From positions 1 through 24,174 of the forward strand of contig JBBRUX010000054.1 in NCBI GenBank assembly GCA_038247415.1: DNA of 24,174 nucleotides. Reading direction: 5' to 3'. Below are positions 18,325-24,174 of the stretch, piece after piece. Both the position numbers and the translations under genes were made by a program. Within the stretch, counting starts at the first letter, position 1; every line of letters starts with the position of its first letter. This stretch comes from Chitinivibrionales bacterium. GTDB lineage: Bacteria > Fibrobacterota > Chitinivibrionia > Chitinivibrionales > WJKA01. The notes below the pieces were generated by a model. It worked only from the letters and a program-made list of their open reading frames with translations. It ran no database searches and had not been told where the DNA came from.

Positions 18325-20535
18325 CTAGAGCTTTAATGTCAATTTTAACCCGCCCTCAGCCCCTGGTTGCCCAATGGTGCCATTCCAAATCGATTGTGGC
18401 TTTTGCTGTCTGTTGTCGGTGATATTGTATCCATAGAGCGTTATTGACACATTGTCATTAATATCCCAGAGGGCAGCCATATTTAGGTAAAAATACCACG
18501 GTGAAGTTCCATAAAACGAAGGATCGTCGGCAGCTTGGCTTGTTACTGAGGCGAGTCGATATGTAACGGGTGATTCCATGTGGATGTCGGGGGACAGGCT
18601 CAGATTGTTATTTAAAAGTCTGATGGTTGTGCCCACATTAATTGACATTGGGGGATAGGTTAGTAAATTCGAATCTAGATCCACCCTTCGATTATTATAG
18701 GCCATGGCCGGAGCAAAGTTATTTACCTTAGCCAACGTATAATACCAGTTAGCCCATATGTCATGATTGTTAATGGCTACCTTAGCTTCAAGTTCTATCC
18801 CCGACGAGTGGTAATCGCCCGTATTTCTGAAACTATAGCTATTACCTGGAAATAAATTGATAAAGCCATGGAGCGTTTGATGAAAAACATCAATGGTAAT
18901 GCTGACAGGTTTAAGCAGCTGCATCCAGATCAAATCATATTGGTCCATAGTTTCTGATCGAATTGAGTCTTGATAAAAGGCACTTTGGAAATTGGTTGGT
19001 CGCAAATATCCCCGATTATAGAGTCCCTTAATTGTGGTGCATTCATTGGGGAGATACATAACTGCAACGCGAGGGTTAAAGTTATAAGGATCTGATCCGC
19101 GTTGTAAATTACCGTCGCCTCGAAGCCCAAGAACTACCGAAAGTTGTTCGATTGGAGTTATGGTGCTTTGTAGATATCCGCCTATCTGGTAATCATGCAA
19201 AAGCGGATCGAACCAGAATGCAGCCTGTGTGTTTGCATGTGCGCCTGTCGAAATTGCTTTGAGGGAATCTGGGACATCTATTAAATTATTGAATCGCTGA
19301 TTTGGCCCTGCAATGGTATATGCAATATCAAACCCTACTTGAAAACTTATTTTGTCGTCCCAGAATTTTTTGAGATAATCTGCATTGGCGTTGAATCGAC
19401 GGTCAAGCCATGTGATGTTGATTTGGCCTATTGTAATTGAATCATCCTGCCCTGAGGGTTGGTACTCTTCCCTATTGATATCTGTGGATACCTTAATCAT
19501 AAATTTTCCGGCTCTAACCCATTCTTTCTCCCAAGCTCCTTCTATAAATGTTTTGGAGGTGGTAAGATAATTTTCGCGTCCAAAACCCCATTCTAGCTGT
19601 CGATTATAATATTCAGAATAATATGAAAGCGCATTAAGGCGAAATTCAGCGAGATGAGATTTGAGTTGAAGCATATACCCAGGGTTGTGTTTGTCTAGTT
19701 TTGTTATGAACTGCCCAGGATATGTTACAGTATCTGATGAGTTGGGAATTGATTTTTTGACGTTATCCGGTATAGTTAGATTTTTAGAAAAACCGGATGA
19801 TCGTGATTGGAGAATGTCGTAGCCATCAGATGCTCCTGCAGCCCCCATGAACATGATGTCTGCATCGTCGCTCATTTTTTTCCCCAATTGAAAATCTGCC
19901 GACCACGAAGCCGGATATTTATTGCTTTCTTCTGTTAAGGGGGCATCGTGACCGAGCGCTCCTCGGACAGAAAAAACATAACTCTTATTATAGATATCGC
20001 TCGCGTTTTTTGTTATGATATTTATTACTCCTGCCATGGCGTCTGGGCCCCAAACCGCAGAACCAGGCCCACGTATTACTTCAATACGGGCGACATTGCT
20101 TAAATTTGAAATGCGTTCGATAATATGTCCAGGGCCAAAATTCTCTATAGAATTCATTCGATGTCCGTCAATCATGATCAGATATTTTGAGTTGTTGTCG
20201 GCAACATTTCCGCGAATAGCGTAAACCCATTCGTCCCGGTCGAGAATAACGGGAACATCAACCATCCTGCGAAGCACATCCTGCAAATCACGGCATCCCC
20301 ATTCTCTTATTTGCAAAGCTGTAACAACAGAAATGTTCGATGGCGCTTCAGAAAGCTTCTGCGATATTTTTGATGCGGTTGTGACTTGTATATTAAAAAG
20401 GTCTTCGAGCGAAAGAGTGGTGTAGATTTCTTCGGTCTGCGCCAAACATTTAACAATAAACAAGGTGCAGGAAAAAATCGTCGCATGAATGAGGGATGTT
20501 TTTCGTGGTATGATTGTGTTCAAAATCAAATTCAT
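18325..20535 (-). CDS. TonB-dependent outer membrane receptor
   Basis: LSLEDLFNIQVTTASK..EAPSNISV and RIEVIRGPGSAVWG..GVINIIT plug motifs; beta-barrel pattern, NITD near the C-terminus. Confidence 0.93.
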   Translation of the reverse strand: MNLILNTIIPRKTSLIHATIFSCTLFIVKCLAQTEEIYTTLSLEDLFNIQVTTASKISQKLSEAPSNISVVTALQIREWGCRDLQDVLRRMVDVPVILDRDEWVYAIRGNVADNNSKYLIMIDGHRMNSIENFGPGHIIERISNLSNVARIEVIRGPGSAVWGPDAMAGVINIITKNASDIYNKSYVFSVRGALGHDAPLTEESNKYPASWSADFQLGKKMSDDADIMFMGAAGASDGYDILQSRSSGFSKNLTIPDNVKKSIPNSSDTVTYPGQFITKLDKHNPGYMLQLKSHLAEFRLNALSYYSEYYNRQLEWGFGRENYLTTSKTFIEGAWEKEWVRAGKFMIKVSTDINREEYQPSGQDDSITIGQINITWLDRRFNANADYLKKFWDDKISFQVGFDIAYTIAGPNQRFNNLIDVPDSLKAISTGAHANTQAAFWFDPLLHDYQIGGYLQSTITPIEQLSVVLGLRGDGNLQRGSDPYNFNPRVAVMYLPNECTTIKGLYNRGYLRPTNFQSAFYQDSIRSETMDQYDLIWMQLLKPVSITIDVFHQTLHGFINLFPGNSYSFRNTGDYHSSGIELEAKVAINNHDIWANWYYTLAKVNNFAPAMAYNNRRVDLDSNLLTYPPMSINVGTTIRLLNNNLSLSPDIHMESPVTYRLASVTSQAADDPSFYGTSPWYFYLNMAALWDINDNVSITLYGYNITDNRQQKPQSIWNGTIGQPGAEGGLKLTLKL

Positions 20536-20747
20536 TATACATCCTGGGTTTGTTGATATAAATGGTGCTTCTTGGTCAGGAATGGTGAAAGTGTTTTAAT
20601 TTCCTGCATGCATGTCGCTATAAAGCCTTTTTATAGAGAACCGCTTGCCTAGCTTTGTAAAAAGTATATGCTCTGATTATGCCGTTTTTCAGAAAAGCTG
20701 TCAATGTGCATTGTGTCGCTCTTTGATTGGCGCTGATGTATTGTAAA

Positions 20748-22553
20748 TTATTTCTCTGGCGTTAAAAGTGCAGCAACTTCATTAAAACCATCTAAGAGTT
20801 TAGAAATATTTTCGATTGCGGGTCTTACCTGGGTCTCGGCAATGCTATGCAGCTCCGATCGCCGGTGGAGTTCGGCGTCAAGATTTACCGCAAGCGTTTC
20901 GTAGGCGCGTTTGACATCTCGTCGGAGCGCTTTAACGGCTTCTTCAACCGAATTGCGCAGGTTTTGTGCCGCCTTGTCAAGTGCCGTCTGTGACATCGCT
21001 TGCAGTTCGGGCTCGAAACGGCTTTTAAAGGAGCTGTACCGTGCATTGACCGACAAAAACCGGTCGGAAAACTTAGAGAGATTTTTAGCAAAAGCTTTTT
21101 CAAACGATTCGGGCAAACCAAGTTCAACTGGCTTAAGTTCAATGGCATCGGTGATGTCATCCCCGTTTACAACAGAATCTGGTGATGATGCAAGAAATTG
21201 ATGGGTAGTTTGCGTGAGGGACATATAGCTTGCGCGGTGCAAGACAACTGCTTTACGCACGGGTTTGTTGACCAAAGCGAGTGCACTATGATAATAATTA
21301 TTAACTAATTGGGAGCAAAACCCAAAAAAGGATTTTCCATTAAAGATCGATGTTGAATTGGTTGCTGCCGCAGTTTTGATAAGGTCATCCAGAAACGTTG
21401 TTAGTTCTGCCTGTGCTTTGGGTCTTAAGCTAAGGGCTGTTTTATCGGCAAAATCTACCAATGCAGTTCGTTCGGCAGATATTACCTCGGTTTCTGTTTC
21501 GGATTGTTTCATGCACAAAGCAATTGCATCCCCAAGCATTGACATTTCAGAAAGGTCTGCATTGAGAGGATCTTCGAGGTGCTTAAGCGTTTCTTTTAAT
21601 GCAGCGATGATTGCAGAAAGCGCTTCAACAAATTTTTTATTGAGAGCATGACTGAGCGCAAAGTATTTATCGACCGCCATAAAAGTAGATAGTGCTTTTC
21701 TAACTTCTTCCATGCCGCTTTGGCGCCAGAGGGGATCGGATTCTATTTGCCGAGCTGCTTGTTGACCAATGCGCGCACAAACGCTAAACAGACGAAAATC
21801 GGCAATGTAGCCAATTCCTCTCTGAATTTCTTTTTGAATAAATTGAATCGATTGTTCTCGCTCCGAAAGCGAAAGAAGGTCTACCTTATTAAAGACAAAA
21901 AAGATTCGGGGAACATATACCCGTACTGCCTTAAGAAATTCAATCTCGGCTTCGGTGATGGGTAATTCGGCACTTAAAAGAAAAAACGCAACATCACATT
22001 CAGATAAAAGGTCGATGGTTGTTTGCGTATTATGTATGTATGTTGAGCCAAAACCAGGAGTATCAAGCAATATTGTGCCGTTACGCAAAAGATCGGATTG
22101 GCATTCGACAATGGCTTCTTTAACGCAGAGATTATTTTTAGGATTATTTTCTTCGGTTACAAAGGTTGACAAAAGAGTTTTTACGCCCTCGGGAGCGCCA
22201 GTCAGTATTTTATCGGGTTGTCCATTTGTAAATCGAATGATGCAAGTGTTGCTCGTCCCGTATCGAATGGTTGTCGGAACGCTTGTGAGGGGCAATACCG
22301 ATGCGGGAAGCACAGGCATTCCGCTTAAAGCATTAATAAAGGTCGATTTCCCCCGGTTGAATTGGCCAAGCACCGCACAATGAAGCCTGCCTGTGGAAAG
22401 CCGTGTTTTAAGCTCTTCGATGCTATGCGTGTACTGCAGGTGCTGGGCGGGAAGATTTTTGCATAAAGCTAAGGCTTTGTCAATAATTTGATCTATCGAG
22501 AGAGGTTCTGTATGAACACTAGTCATGGTATCGGTTTTTCCAGTACGTAACAT
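20748..22553 (-). CDS. Bacterial dynamin-like GTPase
   Basis: G1 GQFNRGKST, G2 LPLTSVPT, G3 DTPG, G4 NKVD; long helical C-terminal half. Confidence 0.9.
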   Translation of the reverse strand: MLRTGKTDTMTSVHTEPLSIDQIIDKALALCKNLPAQHLQYTHSIEELKTRLSTGRLHCAVLGQFNRGKSTFINALSGMPVLPASVLPLTSVPTTIRYGTSNTCIIRFTNGQPDKILTGAPEGVKTLLSTFVTEENNPKNNLCVKEAIVECQSDLLRNGTILLDTPGFGSTYIHNTQTTIDLLSECDVAFFLLSAELPITEAEIEFLKAVRVYVPRIFFVFNKVDLLSLSEREQSIQFIQKEIQRGIGYIADFRLFSVCARIGQQAARQIESDPLWRQSGMEEVRKALSTFMAVDKYFALSHALNKKFVEALSAIIAALKETLKHLEDPLNADLSEMSMLGDAIALCMKQSETETEVISAERTALVDFADKTALSLRPKAQAELTTFLDDLIKTAAATNSTSIFNGKSFFGFCSQLVNNYYHSALALVNKPVRKAVVLHRASYMSLTQTTHQFLASSPDSVVNGDDITDAIELKPVELGLPESFEKAFAKNLSKFSDRFLSVNARYSSFKSRFEPELQAMSQTALDKAAQNLRNSVEEAVKALRRDVKRAYETLAVNLDAELHRRSELHSIAETQVRPAIENISKLLDGFNEVAALLTPEK

Positions 22554-22614
22554 AAATCTACTCTTGTACTTAACGCCACTTATACTGAGGCCTCACATCG
22601 TGGGGCTCTGGGCA

Positions 22615-23100
22615 TCATGATCCACTGGCACTTGCCAAGCTAACTTTCGTAAACCCTGCACTTGTACATATATCCATACATTTTACCACGGAATCAAAGC
22701 GAATACCATCATGCGGGGCAACGACCGCTTCATCCTGAATTTCGGCAGTTAATCGGTGCTGCTCAAGTAATTGTTTGATGCGTGGTACTGGAAATGCCCC
22801 GTTTTTGTAGGGTATTGAGTCGAGGAGCGTTTCGCCATAGGTTATTGAGCAATAGTCTTGGGCAATAACAAGGGTTAGTCGAAGCTTTGGTTTCTCATTT
22901 CCTGCGCTTGTTGCTACCGATGTAATGTTTGGCGGAAGCGATAGTTCAATGATAGAAAGCCTTGTGTATACCGCAACAGAAACAAGAAACGGTATCAGGA
23001 TGAGCAGGATGTTCATCATGGGCTTAACATCAATATCGATTTCCGCCTCTATGGCCGATGATGGCGCATAGGATACTTTAAGCTTCGAAATCGACTTCAT
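22615..23100 (-). CDS. exbD: ExbD/TolR family protein
   Basis: Single TM DVKPMMNILLILIPFL; C-terminal VVKCMD..AGFTKVSL; ATGA overlap with exbB. Confidence 0.85.
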   Translation of the reverse strand: MKSISKLKVSYAPSSAIEAEIDIDVKPMMNILLILIPFLVSVAVYTRLSIIELSLPPNITSVATSAGNEKPKLRLTLVIAQDYCSITYGETLLDSIPYKNGAFPVPRIKQLLEQHRLTAEIQDEAVVAPHDGIRFDSVVKCMDICTSAGFTKVSLASASGS

Positions 23101-23729
23101 CCCTTGGCCCGTTTCATGAAATTGACAAGTCTTACGATAGATTCGTCGATCGTGCGTGTTATGGAAGCCTGTTGATTATAAAGCATAGTATAGAGCACCA
23201 TGCACGGAACAGCAACAATCAAACCAAATGCAGTACAGTTCATAGCTTCTGCAATACCAGCTGCAAGCATGGCAGCCTTTTTAGAAGCCTCTACGGTAGC
23301 CAGAGAAGAGAATGACGATTGTAAACCGGAAATGGTACCAAGCAGCCCCAAAAGCGTAGCAATATTTGCAAAGAGTGAGAGATAATTAAGCCGTGCAATT
23401 AATCGGGGCATTTGGGTAATAGCAGATTCGGAAATCCCTTCTTCGATTTCTTCGATAGCAACCCCATTAGCATGTCGCCCGAGCGCATCTTGTAGCATGA
23501 TGTCGAGGGGGCCATGTGCTTTGGCAGCAAGATCCTGCGCGCCCTTAAAATCTTTTTTGTCAAGTAGCCCGATGATAGAAGCAACAAGCTTAATACCATT
23601 TCGCCGACACATGACGCCATAAAAGAAATAGCGTTCGAGAACAACCGCAAGAGCGACCGCTAGAACTGCTAAAATAACCCACATATAAGGGCCACCAGAA
23701 TTAAAAAAGAGCGCAAACGAATGAATCAT
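23097..23729 (-). CDS. exbB: MotA/TolQ/ExbB proton channel family protein
   Basis: GGPYMW, ATLLGLLGTISGL, GIAEAMNCTAFGLIVAVP; AAGGAG RBS. Confidence 0.92.
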   Translation of the reverse strand: MIHSFALFFNSGGPYMWVILAVLAVALAVVLERYFFYGVMCRRNGIKLVASIIGLLDKKDFKGAQDLAAKAHGPLDIMLQDALGRHANGVAIEEIEEGISESAITQMPRLIARLNYLSLFANIATLLGLLGTISGLQSSFSSLATVEASKKAAMLAAGIAEAMNCTAFGLIVAVPCMVLYTMLYNQQASITRTIDESIVRLVNFMKRAKG

Positions 23730-23865
23730 GAAAACTCCTTGAAACAGACCTGAAGGGCGATAATCATATTGAAAATAATACGCCGGAGCATCATAAAATA
23801 AAAGAATTTTAAACTCAGGATGCTTTATTCCGGCTAATGCATGGATTTTTTAGGAATTATGAATA

Positions 23866-24060
23866 TGGAAAGGGCTGGGGGGCTCATTATTTCTAGCTTG
23901 GAAAAATAAAAACTGATACTGATTATGATGGAAAGGGCTCGGTAGCCCTTTATATCCAACTAGGAAAATGCTTTCCAGATAGCCCAACCCCTACCCCACA
24001 CTTGGGGGTTTACAAACAATAAGATAAAGCATTTGATTCCTGAGTGGATTTTGTGTTCTT
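23866..24060 (+). repeat. Structured intergenic repeat, copy 2
   Basis: Degenerate unit 23866-23905; unit 23929-23968 matches 16561-16600 at 39/40 nt; same tail as copy 1. Confidence 0.9.
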
Positions 24061-24090
24061 GTTTTTTGTAAACACCCATCACGTCGTCCA

Positions 24091-24171
24091 GGATCAGCTT
24101 GAGGATTACGGGCGTGTGCTGTTTGAGGCCCAGTCGTGGGCCGAGTTCACACGCCCGCCGAAAGATGATCC
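24091..24171. other. Long nested GC-rich hairpin at the window edge
   Basis: GGATCA/TGATCC, CGGGCGTGTG/CACACGCCCG (10 bp perfect) and GGCCCA-gtcg-TGGGCC are nested. Confidence 0.55.
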
Positions 24172-24174
24172 GTA

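Noticed and set aside
18325..18345. TonB-dependent receptor ends in Leu rather than Phe
   Set aside because: The alternating hydrophobic final strand is intact; this variation is too common to be notable.
22587..22608. Hairpin between exbD and the dynamin gene as a terminator
   Set aside because: Imperfect stem with no U-tract on the coding strand.

Overview
Bacterial genomic window with three zones. (1) 1-~4200 is an AT-rich accessory region. Small minus-strand genes, mostly for secreted proteins, are separated by two related imperfect palindromes (160-259, 1505-1591). These have attC-like architecture but an AAT/ATT core instead of AAC/GTT, suggesting a non-canonical integron-type cassette array with no integrase in view. 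Cargo: a degenerate lytic transglycosylase with a secreted partner, a Cys-rich exported protein, and a split, truncated M12-like metallopeptidase. (2) 4260-16522 is a compact plus-strand TCA cluster: sdhA-sdhB-sucC-sucD-sucA-sucB-lpdA-citrate synthase-FMN alpha-hydroxy acid oxidase. It has no SDH membrane anchor genes, and sucC appears to start at an ATC codon. (3) 16561-24174 has two direct copies of a ~190-bp structured non-coding repeat, with a compensatory base change in its hairpin. They bracket a Tat-signal HDAC-family deacetylase and a minus-strand exbB-exbD-dynamin-TonB-dependent receptor run, and each copy is followed by a different GC-rich hairpin segment. All calls come from reading the sequence by eye; no searches were run.
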